A stretch of DNA of 64,000 nt from Cyanophora paradoxa CCMP329 (Eukaryota > Plantae > Glaucophyta), in NCBI GenBank assembly GCA_004431415.1, contig QPMI01000494.1, positions 310,001 to 374,000 on the forward strand, written 5' to 3'. Of this stretch, positions 46,736 through 60,081 are shown piece after piece. The notes under the pieces are model-generated. The model saw only the letters and a list, made by a program, of their open reading frames with translations. It did no database searches and was not told where the DNA came from. Every line of letters begins with the position of its first letter. Position 1 is the stretch's first letter. The position numbers and the translations under genes are program-made.

Positions 46736-47222
46736 GCGCGCGCACAGCATGCGCATGCGCAATATTAATGAATCAGCGAGTCGACGTCGTAATAAGAATA
46801 TTATATTTAATGCTGTCAAATGCGAGAATAAATGTACATGTTCGTGTTCGCTGCAAGCGAGATATACTCATACAATGATAGAGTAATGTGGACTGACATT
46901 GCTTTTTGCGCTTCATGATGATCACGGCTTGATACAGACGTGCATACGTGAAACTCGAAATACCGATGCGAAACTTGCGCGCCGAAATATAGTAACGTTA
47001 ACAAATGCAATCTAAAGGCTAACTTTTTTGTGCACGTGGCCGGTAGTTCGACAAAAAAATGTTGATATCGATTATCGATATTATCGATGCCATAGAACTT
47101 CTGTCGCGACCCCGCCGCGGCGCAGCGCGCAGTGAATATTCATACCGACCAGTTGAATTTCGCGATGTCAAATTAAAACAGTACCTGAGTTCCGCAACCT
47201 GAAGCTTTCTAAACGTATTATA

Positions 47223-50200
47223 TTACGGGCGCCGGACGGGGATGCTCCAGGAGGTAGTGGCGACGAACTCCGGCCCGTACGTGCACGAGAGCGCCACCAG
47301 GTATGTCCGGGCGATCGACCCGGGCGCCACTTCCGAGCTGTCAGCGCCGCTCCAAGTCATACATTAATATTACGAGGGCGGCGTGTGTGGATTTGGAGCT
47401 GGCGCGCACTCGGGGCGGATGTACGGGCTCAGGAGCACGCGCTTCAGGTCGCCCGAGCACGTCTGTGGTTCGTAGGCGTGGTCAGACCGTAGACTAGCCG
47501 CTGTGCAATCGGGACGAGGTCCGCCTCACCTGGTTCCACATGCGGATGATCGAGCCGTCGGGCGTGGCGATGGCGCCGTTGGTCCCGGCCGCAGGATCGC
47601 CCGTCGCACGCACCCTCAGGCGGCAGGCCTCGGCGTGGTCGCCGCACGCGTCCGGGAAGGTGAAGCTGCCCCGCGCGCAAATGTGTCTCAGTATTAGTGA
47701 TTATGAGTTGCAAATCGAAAACCGAGATCTAGAGGCTATAAATATGGCCATGGCCATGGCACCTCAGGTCGACGGCGACGGGGGCCGGGGAGCCGCCAAC
47801 GACACCGGCAATCTCCGCGGGGCTCGCGGCGCCCTGGGCGATACTGGGCGCGGCGGCCCGCCGCACACGGAAGCGGATGGGGCACGAGGCGCCGCTCGGG
47901 TACGCGCTCGAGTAGATGCGCGCGTCGTACGTATTGCCCAGCATCAACTGCGAAGAGCATACACGAAATTAAAGGCGTTCACGAAACATACGCCAACATT
48001 CACGAAACAGCAAAGGGCAGAGGGCGGCGCATGCACAAATTCAATGCACACGGACCGGCGTGCCTGGGGGGATGCTCTGGACCGCCGTCGCCGCGCCGCT
48101 CACGGGCCGCATGCACGAGCTGTCGAACTGAGGGACCGCGGCGCACGTTATATAATTAGCACTGTCGCCTGCAAGCACACTAGTACTGGCTTTAAATTTC
48201 CAAGAGAGAAGGCTCCCGTACCTGAACAGTGCTGACAAGGTTCGGGGCGGGGACGGAGCACCCCCCCACACTTGCGAGCAGCTCTTGCTCCCGCTGCGGG
48301 CACGCCTGTGGAGCGTACGCGTTGTCAGATGGCGCCACAAGCTGACATGTACAGCGCTAACGGTGTTGTCAGGGTACGTTTAGGGCGCACGGCGCGGAAG
48401 AAGGGTCCGTCGCGGTCGACGACGCGGAGCTCGACGGTGCAGGCGCCGCGTGGGCCGCGGCCCAACGTGTTCGTCACGTTGAAGTCCACCTGCGAAACCG
48501 TCAGGAATGGGCTGCGCGCGGGCACGGTGTGCAATTTCGGCTTTTTGTTATCGACCTTGTGCACGCCGGAGTGGCTGGCGGGAAGGCCCGCATCGGCCCA
48601 GGCGGCGTTGGAGATGTTCGAGGGGATGGCGGGGAGGAGGCCCTGGCCCGGCGCCACGCTCTGCCACAAGCTGACGCCGGCGCCCCACTCCGCCACCAGC
48701 AGGCTCTGCATAGATACTCGTCAGATCTATATATAAATATCTTGAATTCAAAGACGGCCACGCAGCGTACTCTGAGGTCGGGGACGGGCGCGCCACAGAA
48801 GACAGCCCCCGCGCCGTCCCGCCGTACCGCCGCGAGGAGCGAGATATTTATTGGCGGAGGGCACTGCGGGGCTGCGGTTATAAACAATTACCGGCGGAGG
48901 GCACCACAGTTGCGCGAGCGGACCTTCACGTCATGGAGGGTGGTAGGAGCTGAGTAGGGGAAGCACTGCTGCGGGATTGAGCTCGAGCCTCCCGCGGGGC
49001 CGTCGCCTGTCGGCGTCGACGGGGCGTCGATATCGATTGCCTCGTGCTCCAGAGGTCCCGTGCATTGCGCGTCCGACACAGCGAGCGTGAAGCCTCCGGT
49101 GGAAGAGCTTCCCATCACACCTATGCGCGTGCGCGTATCGGATTGGCCGCCGCGCGAGACAGACCACTTCTCGCTGCATTGCAATTAATATTGTACCTTC
49201 CACGAGGATGTAGTACGGGTTGTTCGGCATCAGTGAGTAGTACTTCTCGTTCGCCACGACCAGCGAGCAGCCCACGGCTGTACGATATCGATGCATCAGC
49301 AAAGCGGGCCTGAAAGAACCGGCGATGCAACGCACTTTTCGCGACAAGCAGACTACCCGCTGTCCCGGGACAGCCAAAGTAGAAGGAAAGCGTTGGTGTG
49401 AAGTCAGGGGCGGGATTGCACACATTAATCGTTATGCTCGTCCTGCGAATTCGAAAGTAGAAAGGATGCGAAGCGTGATCAGCTTTAATCTCTCGTCGAG
49501 AGCTCGAGGAGGCGCACGTCGCTCTCGCAAGGTTGCGGAGGAGGACCAGGGCGCTAGTGTTGGACCTGCCCGTGACGCTCGCGCGCCCGAGCAGCGTAGA
49601 GTTTCCCTTGCGGCAATGCGAGAGGGAGGCTGTCTTCACGCTCGCCGGGCAGTACGAGTCTGAAGAGAATCCGAGAAGCTCAGTCAGAACAAGGTGATCG
49701 TGTCGAAACTGCACGCACATGTCGGCGAAGGGTCCGAGCCGAGCGTGCAGTACTCCGCCTTCCTGCGAAACCAATTGCAAGTTTGCTTATGCATTCATCC
49801 GTAATTACAAGAGCCTTGTTTGCGCAGCGTATATACGTACCGCGTGAATTGGGATTCGGCGAGTCCGTGCTCGCTGACCCAAGAAGCCCACGTCGCAGTG
49901 CCCGCATTCAACATGAAATGCACCGCATAGTACGTGCCTGTACGTGTAAAAGAATAAATACTTAGGTCCTGAATCTTGATGGACTGACTGAACGTGCACG
50001 TATACGTATACGTACCAGACAAGAGAACTTTGTTACTTGTTGGAATGGACAACACTCCTTGCCACCAATCGATCCACCATCTGGCCTGCGACATGTACGC
50101 AATATTGATATGCCCGCCGTTAGTGGCATATTTTGAAGTATATGGCAGCGAAGCAGACACACGGTGACAATTGTGGATGATGGGTCGGTCGGGCACCCGT

Positions 50201-53200
50201 CGACGATGACGATCGCCTGGCCATCCCGATTACACCCGGCGCCTGTCGCGAGTCAACGTGGTTTTATCGAGATGTATTTACAGCTGCACGAAGCTTATAT
50301 AATTAATTAAATTTAGCGGTGCACCGTATTCATTGCCACAGTCGGGCATCATACGGATTCCGTGCCAGGAGAGCCAAAATGTCTCGCTATTCATTGTTAC
50401 GGGCAGCTCAAAGCGCATGACGAAGTCTCGGTAGGACTGCGCCGAATGATAGTAGGGAAGGATTGCAGCCCTCGAGAGCAGCGATTGCAGCCCCTGCGCA
50501 CGTGTCGGTGATTACGCGCAACGCCCAAAGCTACCGGGCAGCCGCGTCACCTGAGCACTGTAGCTTCGGGAGATAAGGAGGTCTCTCGAGCAGGTTCCAA
50601 GGTCGACGTATTTGCAGGTGCCGTCGTCGGTCCAGTAGTCGGGCGCGTAGTCGCGATACGGGCACGCAGCGGTGTCAAAGACTTCGAGACGGAAGGGCCC
50701 CGTCGAATTGCCATAGGCCGGCGCGGTGAAGAATTCAGGTTGGTAGTTGATGGGCCCTGGCCCGGCGACGTTTCGCGCCTTGAAGTTGCCTTGGACCAGG
50801 ATGTAATATGTGCCAGGGCGGATTGAAGCCCCTGTCGGAGCGCATTAACATTGGATGAAGCGCGGGCCGGGGTCACACTGCGGGCAGGCGCAGGTCGATA
50901 CCGTAGCGCTTGGTCGTAAATTGTTGGATGATACCCGGGTACATGTCCTCGTTGTTGCCGAATGCCAAGAACCAACCGTACAGGCGCCGCTCGTACGCCG
51001 GCATGGCTGGGTTCCCAATGTAGACGGCGATTGAAGGGAAGGTCAGCGCATAGTTACGCAGGGCGATTTCGAACCCGTGGCTGCACGTGAAAGCGCGTTA
51101 ATAGCAAGCGCTGCTGCTATTAATTGTAAAAGCGTGTTCTACGGTTGCGCGCACTAGTCTTGTTCGACGCGGAGGCGGGCGAGGAAGACGCCGGTGGCGT
51201 TGCCGGGAGTGGAGGCAACGTCAAAGTATGCATCGCCCCATTGAAGCAGCTGCCGGTGCAGCGCGCTGGGCCGCCCGACGCTCGTGGTCACGGTGAAGGA
51301 GCACACGCCGATCTCGGTACCCGAGAAGAGCGAAGGGTCGTACGCGGCCGGGCCAACCACTCCCGTCGCACCTTCAGTTTCACCGTCAGCGGTGCCTTTC
51401 GGGCGAGCAACTACCAGAAACGAGAAGGACGAGCCCACCGGGCAATAACACATTTGAGACGCTGAGGAGGCGGTTCGGACTGCCGTTCATGATTGAGGGC
51501 CGCATGATGGGGACCGACCCGTTTACCAGGGCATCCTCAATCACCTACTCGCCTCAGACCGTTAACAAGACCGGAATCAATTGAATGCAATATAATAGAC
51601 TCGAGCTGTGGGCGCACAGCGAGTGACGCGGCCGGGCGGGCCTGGCGGTAGAGGGCGGCGACGCCCGCAGCGACGCCCGCCGCGTAAGAGGTGCCATGGA
51701 AAATGCCGGTGGTGGCAGTGAAGCCGGGCAGGCCGTTCGCGGCCGCCACAGCCTTCGGACGCATCGCCGACCGCACGTTCTGTCCCGGAGCAAACAGTGA
51801 GATGCACCTGCACGAGGGGAATCGAAGGTTCGGTGAGCTCGAGCGATCCCAGGCCCGGCCCCAGGCCCCTCGTGCCCGCACCTGCCCCAGTTGGAGAAGC
51901 CGGCGCGGTAGTCGTCCTGGTCGCTGGCGCCGACGTTGATCGCCCCCGGCGTGTTTCCTGCGATCGCAATCGCGACGGTGAGGCTCCCGCTGCCTTATAA
52001 TTAGGCCCCACGGCGAGGCCCATATACGCGCCTGGCACGCTGCCACACGCATCGGCGTAGTCGTTGCCCGCGGCCTGCACGTGCACATGTGTACAGCATC
52101 GGCAATCGGCGTCGACAAGGGGCGACATCGATATCGCACCGTAATTACAACGGAGCCGGCCAGGCGCAGGCGGGCGACGACGTCCGTGTACAGCGCATTG
52201 GCGCCGCCGCTCGAGGTCGACGCGACAGCGAGCAGCGTCACGGCCGGCTGGCGGCGGCTTTTGATGTCGAGGAGAACGTGTTCCAGCCCTGGCATGGGGA
52301 GCAGAAGGCGGTCATGGGGGCGCGGGAGACATGGAGCTGTTGGGGGGCTGGGCCATGGGGCGGGCGGGCGCACCGGCGAGCACGGCGCTGTCCGTTGCCT
52401 GGGCGGAGCAGTCGCCAGTGGCCCCTCCGACGCGAGCGAAGACCTTGACGGCGAGGACCGTGGCCCCGGGCGCGGCTCCGAACGTGCGCCCCGCCGCGGC
52501 CGCGGCGACGGCGGTCCCGTGCGAGTCGGGAGAGCAGTCGCTCGCCCAATGCTCGCTGCTATTGCCGTAGAGTGCGGAGTCGACGTCGTACAGCCGAACC
52601 TGCACGCGGTCCGATAAGATACGTATACGATCTAGACGCGTAGCTATACCGGTAGGGACTGAGGGTTTTAGAAGCGGGGGCGCGCGCACGACGCGGCCTC
52701 CGAACTCGCCGTGCGTGGCGAGCACGCCCGTGTCCACGACGTAGATGTTGACGCCGGATCCGTTCACCGTCCCGCGGTCGAAGCGACCGTCGAGTGGGCC
52801 CCATTGCTGGTCAAGCCTGCAGGGGACATTGCAATTGAAATTTGCGAATGGGAGCGGCGGCGGTGGGTATTCGCGTGCGACGGCGCCGCACCGGTCGAGG
52901 TGCCAGGGCACAACGTCGCCCCACGGCTGCGGGCCGTAGCCCAGTGCCGTAAAGTCCACCGCCTGCGCGGGCGACACGGGCTGTGCACGCACGAGCGTCA
53001 GATCCACGAATTTGATGCTTGGAGCTCGAGGGGGCGCGGGCCCGCGGGCGGGCCGGGCGGGCGCGCATGCGCACCGAGTCGGGCACGACGAGCTTCACGT
53101 GCTCGTGCGAGCGGAGCGACTCCGCTGCCTCGCGCGTCATGCTGCCGCCGGCGATCAGATATGCGCATGGGGGGGGGGGGGGGGGGGGGGGGGAGGTGGG

Positions 53201-54150
53201 GGGGGGAGGAGAGGGGCGCGTATAAAGCAGACGGTTCGAGGGTGGAGGGGTGCATTGGGTGGCAAGGGGCAGGTGGAGGATCCCAGGAGGGGGAGATGGG
53301 GGAGATACTAGTGTATACGTGGTACTGGGCGCCGGACGAGGGGGACGGGGTTCTTTTAATCATGAATTTAATGAAGAAGCGCGATATATCGATCGGCTGA
53401 GGAACGAAAACGGGGAAGACGGGGGACATTTCAAGCTCATAAAAAAAGAGCTTTTCGCGGAATTCGAAGAGGAAGGCATGTATAGTGGAAGGAGGCCTGA
53501 AACTTGGAAGATGCGATGAAAGAACCGGGCCAGAATGGAAGCGAACCTGGCGCTGAAGCCGAGGAAGGCGTGGCGGTACACGCGCCGGATGATGCCCATG
53601 GACCCGCCCGCGCTGCCATCGATATCATCCGCGGCCGCCCCGCGGACGCGCGCCGCGACCTCCTCGAGCCGCCCCTCCCGATATCGATCCGCGCTCTCGC
53701 GCAGCACCTGCATCATGATCATCGGATCGTCCAGATCTTGCGATCGCAAGACACTGGCCATGGGAGCCACTGATCATGAGCGCGGAAGCGACGCGCGCGC
53801 GCGCACCACGATGTATGGCTCGGACTTGCGGTCGCCGATCAAGTTCCCCGACTTGAACGCGCTGATATCAATAGTGACCATGAGGGCCCTGTCAGCTGCA
53901 GTTGCAATTGCCAGCGAAGGCCTAGGGAACGTTGGAAAAGGCACGGGGAGCAGGCGCGCGCGCACCCGAAGGGACGATCGATGGGGGCAGGCCTAGGATC
54001 GGCGCCAGCTGCAGCTGCAGGCGGCAGGCCCAAGCCAGGGTCGACAAGCTGAAGGCAGCGCTGACGAGCAACTGCAAGCCTGACGAGCAACTGCAAGCCG
54101 CACAGCAGCAGCAGCGCCAGCACCGAGGGCCGTCCTCGAGCCCGTCGCAT
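47223..54150 (-). CDS. Secreted subtilisin-like (S8) serine protease with I9-type prodomain and long C-terminal extension
   Basis: Signal-like MRRARGRPSVLALLLLCGLQL; prodomain RRVYRHAFLGFSAR|MTREAAESLRSHEHVKLVVPD; VPWHLDR; catalytic IYVVDTG, SHGTAVA and HGTSYAA; oxyanion AAGND; FSNWG|CISLFAPG; further spliced exons lead to a probable stop at 47223-47225. Confidence 0.85.
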
Positions 54151-55484
54151 TGTAAAGATATATGTGAACTTCGGAACTTCGATTCGTATTCGGCAGGCTG
54201 AGCCGCTCAGCCTGGCAGCGGAGGGCGTGCGGAATCACTTGCAGCCACCGCGCGCGCAGTCTGACGGTCAGCCGATGAGCACTGCGCCGCGGCGGCAGCA
54301 CTGCGTATAGACCGTATCATAGACTTCATAGTATAGGCTGTATAGCGCGCGCTATAGCCTATAGCTAGATCCTACGGGATGATCATCGGACTCCGGGACT
54401 CGAATCGATGATAGGACTCCCGAGTCCCGGGCCCCGGGGCCCGGCGGCGCCCCCCCCCCCCCATGTTTAACACAGTTTATACGTGTTTTGTACGCAGACG
54501 GCGCCGCCGGAAGCTGCATGAGTCAGCATGAGCCTGCATCTAAGAGGCTCGCCGAGTCAGACTCCTCAGAGCTCGAGTACTAGTACTAGTATGAGCTCTA
54601 GGCCCCTAGCTCGAAATAGCCTCGAATCGTTCCGAAGTTCAATTGTTCAATGAATGCTTAATTAGTTCAATCGCAATTGCCGCGCTGGATCGACCGAGCG
54701 GTCCCGGCGGTCCGAGCCTGGAGGCTGGACTCGGCCGCTGGAGGGCCAGTGTGCCACACTGCTAGTCACTGCCAGACACTGCCAGACAGTGCCAGTGTGC
54801 CACTGTGAGCACTGTCACTGTCACAGTGTACATGTGGACACTGTGGACTCAGTGTGGGCACTGTGTGGCCCAGTGGACTCTGAGTGGAGGCCCTGGGGCC
54901 TGGGGCCCTGGAGGCTGGACCCGGTGGTCCCGGCGGTGGACCGTGGCTGGTCGACGCGTACGTCGAGACTGGTCGAGTCACTGTCACTCACTGAGTGATC
55001 GTCCGATTATCGTCGACGCGTGGGGCGCCCCCGCCGCCCCGGGCGCGGGCCGCGCGGCGCGGCGCGCTGCGGTCTCTTCAATTTCATATATATATAATTT
55101 TTGAATTAAGATTCGAGGAGAATAGGACTCATTATAGGAAGGCTAGCTAGGGACTCCGGGAGGCTAGGGCCCTCGCCGAGTCGGGTCCCCCTACTAGGCT
55201 ACTACTAGTAGGCTAGCCTAGTAGCTAGGCTAGGTAGCTAGCCTACTAGGCTGGCACTACCGGTATATATATAGCTAGGCGCGCGCCGTATAGCGTAGTA
55301 GGCCAGGATGGGCCACTCAGTGACTAAATATTGGCGCGCGCTGCGCGCGCGGCTGCATGTACATGTGCGACGTCGACCTTCATTACTGAAGTTATAAGCT
55401 TCGAGACCGTTCCAAGAACGGGGTTCGACTCCACTGAGGGCAGTTACTCAGCAGTCACTCGGCGTCGAGTCGGCGACGCCCCCG

Positions 55485-57079
55485 ATGCAGGATTCGGCCT
55501 CCAGAATGGCTCGAGAGATCGCTGCGGTCACGTGCGCCAGCGCCCGGAGCTCCGCGGCTCGATTCGGTGTTGACGCCACGCGCCCGCAGGCAGGAGGAGC
55601 GGATGCGGCGGGCGGCCGTTCTCAAAACCAGCGTGGACCTCAGCTTCGTGAGCCCCGACATGGAGGTGCCGCCGCCCTCTGCGCCCCCGCGCGCGCGGCC
55701 GCCGCGGCCGGCGCACGCGTACGCCAAGCGAACCGAAACCCGCCGCGCGCCCGCAGGAGACGCTGCTCGAGCTCGAGGCGGTGGCACACGTCATGGGCCT
55801 CGGTTCGTCCGCGGGCGACGCGGCGGATGCTCCGGAGGTCGCCGCGCTGCTGGCGCGAGTCGAGGCGCTCGCCCGCGGGACGGCGGACCCCGTGCACCTC
55901 GTCCAGTGCGCCTTAAGCTTAAGCTTTGAAAGCGCCGCACACCGAAGCTAGATAGATTCTTCCTGACCGCCGGTCCCGCCGCGCGCGCGCGCGCAGATTC
56001 CTCAGGGTCCGCCTCGCCGCGCGGCGCCCCGCGCGCTCCCTCTCGCCCCCTTCGGCTGCCAGGCTGACCCGCGCCGCCGCGCCGCGCCGCGCAGCACGTG
56101 CGGTTCGTCTACGACGGGACGGACGGCCCGCCCGCCCTCCTCGTCGTCGCTCGCCTCGCGCGGCCGCTCCTCCTCCGGCGGCTCCACGAGGCCGCCCGGG
56201 CTCCGATGAGCCTCGAGGCGGCGCTGCGGTCGGCCGTGCGCCTCGCGCCCTTCTGCAGGGACGCGCTGGAGGACGCTGGGGAGGCCATGCGCGGCGTGGG
56301 GCGCGCCCTCGCCGCCTCCTCGGACCTGGGGGCGCTGGAGGGGGTACCGGAGCGGGATCTCGGCCTCGTGTCCTCGGCCCTGCGCGCGGCCGCCGAGGGG
56401 GGGTACGTCGACTCGAACGCGGCGGAGCGGTGGCGGGCGGCGGCGGCGGAGCTGGAGAAGCGGCGCGCGGCGGAGCGGCGGGCGGCGCGGCGCGGCCGGC
56501 GGCAGGAGGTGGACCCCGCCGCCCACGCGCACTGCAGCTCGCCCCGCGCCCGCAGCGGCAGGCTGGCCGCCTGTACCCCGGCCAGGACCGGCCCCTCTCC
56601 CCTACGAGCTGGGCGTCGCTAGGGCCCTGCAGCCGCTGCTGCCGCCCCGCGCGGCCCGCCTCGTCGCTTCGTTTCTCTGCTGCCACCCCACTGCCGTGCG
56701 CCGCTCGCGATGCCGTACCCCTTCCTCCCGGACGAGGCCGGCCTGACCCCCCCCCCCCCCCCCCCCGGCTCTCCGCAGAGCTCACATCTTCCCCCGTCTG
56801 CTGGTGCCCCGTTTTTTCTGAGCTTCCTGACGCGTCTCTTTGCCGTACCCCCTGACCCTCCTTCCAGCATCTGCGCGGACCTCCGCAGCTACGCCCCGGC
56901 GTACGAAAAGTCCGCCGCTTTCCGTACCCCCGCTTCTCCTCCTTTGCCGATCGTACCCCCCCAGGTACGTCGACGGCGTCGGCTTCGTCCAGACGGCGTC
57001 GCGCTCCGGTCCGCCACGTACCCCAGGACCTTAACCCCCCCCCCGCCCCCCCCCCCCGCCCCTCCCGCCTTCCCCCCCC

Positions 57080-57111
<32 letters not shown>

Positions 57112-57250
57112 CCTGACCATCGACGTTCGAGCAGAGTTTTACTGCGGGGCGTGCCGGGAGGCGGCCGGGACGGCGGCCGGGGAGGCGGCGGGGCGCCACA
57201 ACCGCCTCGTCGTAGCCTCGCTGGGTCCAGGCCACGCCGCGGGGGCATAG
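55485..57250 (+). CDS. Hypothetical multi-exon Ala/Leu/Arg-rich protein (3' end approximate)
   Basis: Spliced MAREIAAVT|QEERMRRAAVLKTSVDLSFVSPDME|ETLLELEAVAHVMG...|HVRFVYDGTDGPPALLVVARL...; GT-AG introns in consistent phase; no recognised domain. Confidence 0.5.
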
Positions 57251-57734
57251 CCCAGTGGCCCACCCCTCCCCTCTTACCCCTTGTATCCCAATGGGGCCTA
57301 GCCCGGTAGCCCCCGCGACGTACGCAGCTACGCCCCTCCTTCCCGCGCCCCCCCCCCCCCCCCCCCCCCCCCCCCCGTCCCCTCCCCCGCCCTTCTTGCC
57401 CTCCCGCCCCCCTTCCCCCCTCCTTCTCCTCCTTCCCCCTTTTCGTCCCCCCCCCCCTCTTCTCTCTTCCTCTCCTTTTTTCCCCGCTTCCTCGCCCTTC
57501 CGCTTCCCCCCCCCCGCCCCTCCCCCTCTCGCCCCCCCTCCCTCCCCCTCCCGCTTCCTCCCCTCCCCTTTCCGCTTCCTCGTCCCTCCTCCCCCCTACC
57601 CCCCCCACCCCCTGCCCCTCGAGGCCTAGGCCTCCCTACCCGCCGTTTCGGCTTGGTTGTATTCTAAGAAAATGGATGCATAAGAATGAAACACTGGCGC
57701 ACAGCCTGGCAGGGAACGACAGGGGCCGGGCCTG

Positions 57735-60081
57735 CTACAGGAGGGAGAGCTCGGCCGAGTCGGCGGCCGCGGCGTCCCAGTCCGCCCCCTCCTCCTCCGC
57801 CGCCCCCGCCGCCCCCGCCGCCCCCGCCGTCAGGGAGCCCTCGAGCTCCTCTGCTGGCAGAGGCAGTCCGCCGAGCTCGAGCTCGAGCTCGAGCTCGGCC
57901 AGGAGGCCTAGGCCCGGGTCCGCCCCCCCCTCGGATTCGAACACATCCTCCGGCCGCCCCTGTCCCTCCTCGTCCAGCCGGAACCCCCTCATGCCCAGGG
58001 CGACTGCGCATACGGCGCCGGCGCGGCGCGCTTCAGTTTAAACTGCCCGCTTCAGCGGAGATGGGCACGGATGGACGGACGGGCGATTTGTTCGTGCACG
58101 ATGACGTTTCTGGGGTCCGCTCCGTCCTTGGTCACAACCACGATGGTCGCAGTGCCCTGTCGAGCCATCAGATTGATAGGTAGATTTCCGACCGAATTCG
58201 AATTCACAGCACGCGCGTGCGCACCTTGTGCTTCTGCAAGAGGGTCGAAGTCGCCAGGAGAGTGCTCGTTCCGCACCGGCCCATCACCGTAGGGGCCTCC
58301 GGGTCCGCTCTCAAGCAGGCGTACCGGGCGCCGTCGGCGTAGATGCCGTCTCTGAACAGCAGGTTGGGGTGAGAGTGGCATGGTAGAGCACTAGTACTAG
58401 GCAAGCTCGAAAAATCGAGCAGTGTCCCCTTAAGCTTCTGACCATCAGACCCCCCCCGAGCGCACACGGACCTGAGCAGCGGGCTGGGGTCCTTCAAGCC
58501 CCGGACCAAGGCAAGGGACTCCTTCTCGGAGAGCTGCATCCCCTTCGAGCACCAGCGCGCGCCGTCGCTGCTCCCGTAGATGCCGCCCCCCTGCGCGAAG
58601 CTTATATTAATTAAGGAGCTGCAGGCGGCGCCGGCGGGCGCTAGCTAGGGAGCTGCAGGAGCTATATATTATTAATTAAGGCGGAGCTGCAGGAGCTATA
58701 TATTATTAATTAAGGAGCTGCATTAAGCGTTAGGTCTTAAGCTTAAGCTTTAGGTCTTAAGCGTAGATGCCGCCCCCCTAATTCGAAGCTCAAGGAGCTG
58801 CAGGCGGCGCCGGCGGGCGGGAGGGCGGCCCTCGCGGCCGCGGCCGCGGGGAGCGGCTTAAGCTTTAGGTCTGAAGGCGGCCGCTTAATCTTAAGCTTAA
58901 GATTTAGCGAAGCTCAAGGAGCTGCAGGCCTAGGCGGCGCCGGCGGCTTAAGCTTTAGGTCTGAATGAAGACGGCCGCACCTTCACGCCCGCATCCCTCG
59001 TGAGAAGGTCGCACCAGCCGCTCCACCCGCTCGACGCCGTCGTTCCCCCCGTTGTCGTTGTCGACGTTGTTGGCGTTGTCGACGTCGTTGGCGTTGTCGA
59101 CGTCGTTGGCGTTGTCGACGTCGTTGGCGTGGGCGTGGGCGTGGGCGCCGGCGCCGCCTGTACATGGTCCGCGGGATAGTCCTGCATGCGCGCGCGCGCG
59201 CGTACGCGCGCCGGTCAGGCTCTCTCACGATATCTATCGATATGTATCGGCAGAATAGTACTGGCGTTGAGCAGGAACTTGTTCGCGGCGGCCTCGTCCC
59301 AGTTCTGCACCTGCAGCCGGTCCCCCTCGAGCGCCCAGTACCCCTCCTTCCCCCCGACCGGCGCCGTGTACACGACCACGCGCGTGCCCTCCGGCGTCTC
59401 AGCGGCGTGGAGGAACCTGCCGGCCTTGCGTCAGCCTGGCAGGCCTGGGAAGGACCTGAGGCGCCGCGCGCGGCGGTGGCCAAGGCTGAGCCGCTGAGCT
59501 CGAGCGCGCGGGCGGCGTGGCGCATGCCGCAGTGCGCACTGGACGCGCTGGTCGGGCTGCGTGGTCTGCGTGTGGTACCCGTTGACGCTCTGCCCGCTGG
59601 GCCACTGCGACGGGCTCCCGGTGAACCAGCCGGGGAGATCCAGAACGCGCCCGTTGTTGATCAGGCCGCTCCACGCCTGCTGCTCCAGCGCCTGGCCGTC
59701 CTCCCCGGGGAGGCGGTTGAGAGCCCACGCGAACTTGCTGTCGAGCGAGGCTGTGGCATGCATGGGCCGCGCACGCGGCGCCTCGTTAGAACGACGCGGC
59801 CGCGGCGGCGCGGCCGGCCGCGGGCGCTCGCATGCATATGCGCACGGGACTTCGGGTCGCAGGGCTCGGCGCGCAGGGCCCAGTCTCCGGCGGCGTCCTT
59901 CGCGTTCACATCGAAGAAGAGGCACTTCTTGGTGGATTGCTGCGGCATCGGCGTCGGACCCCGGGCGTCATGATCACTAAAGCTTCAATTGCAAGCTTTC
60001 AAAGCGCTAGCGCTAGCGACGGCGAGGGCGACGACGCACCTCCTGGATGGTGAACTGCTCACCGAAAGTGGGGAGCGCCAT
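57735..60081 (-). CDS. Ricin-B/beta-trefoil-like domain, Thr/Pro linker, profilin-like domain and acidic tail
   Basis: N-terminus MALPTFGEQFTIQE|QSTKKCLFFDV...AEPCDPK...GLINNGRVLDL...VNGYHTQTTQPDQRVQF; linker (TTSTTP)n; profilin-like SGWSGWCDLLTRDAGVK|GGIYGSSDGARWCSKGMQLSEKESLALVRGLKDPSPLL|GIYADGARYACLRAD...VMGRCG...NVIVHEQIAL|ALGMRGF. Confidence 0.7.
59057..59128. repeat. Coding 18-bp tandem repeat x4 (PTTSTT linker)
   Basis: gttgtcgacgtcgttggc units. Confidence 0.85.

Noticed and set aside
54690-55000. CACTG/CAGTG-rich tract resembling recombination signal heptamers (CACAGTG)
   Set aside because: Simple shuffled low-complexity words with no nonamer or spacer geometry and no recombinase nearby
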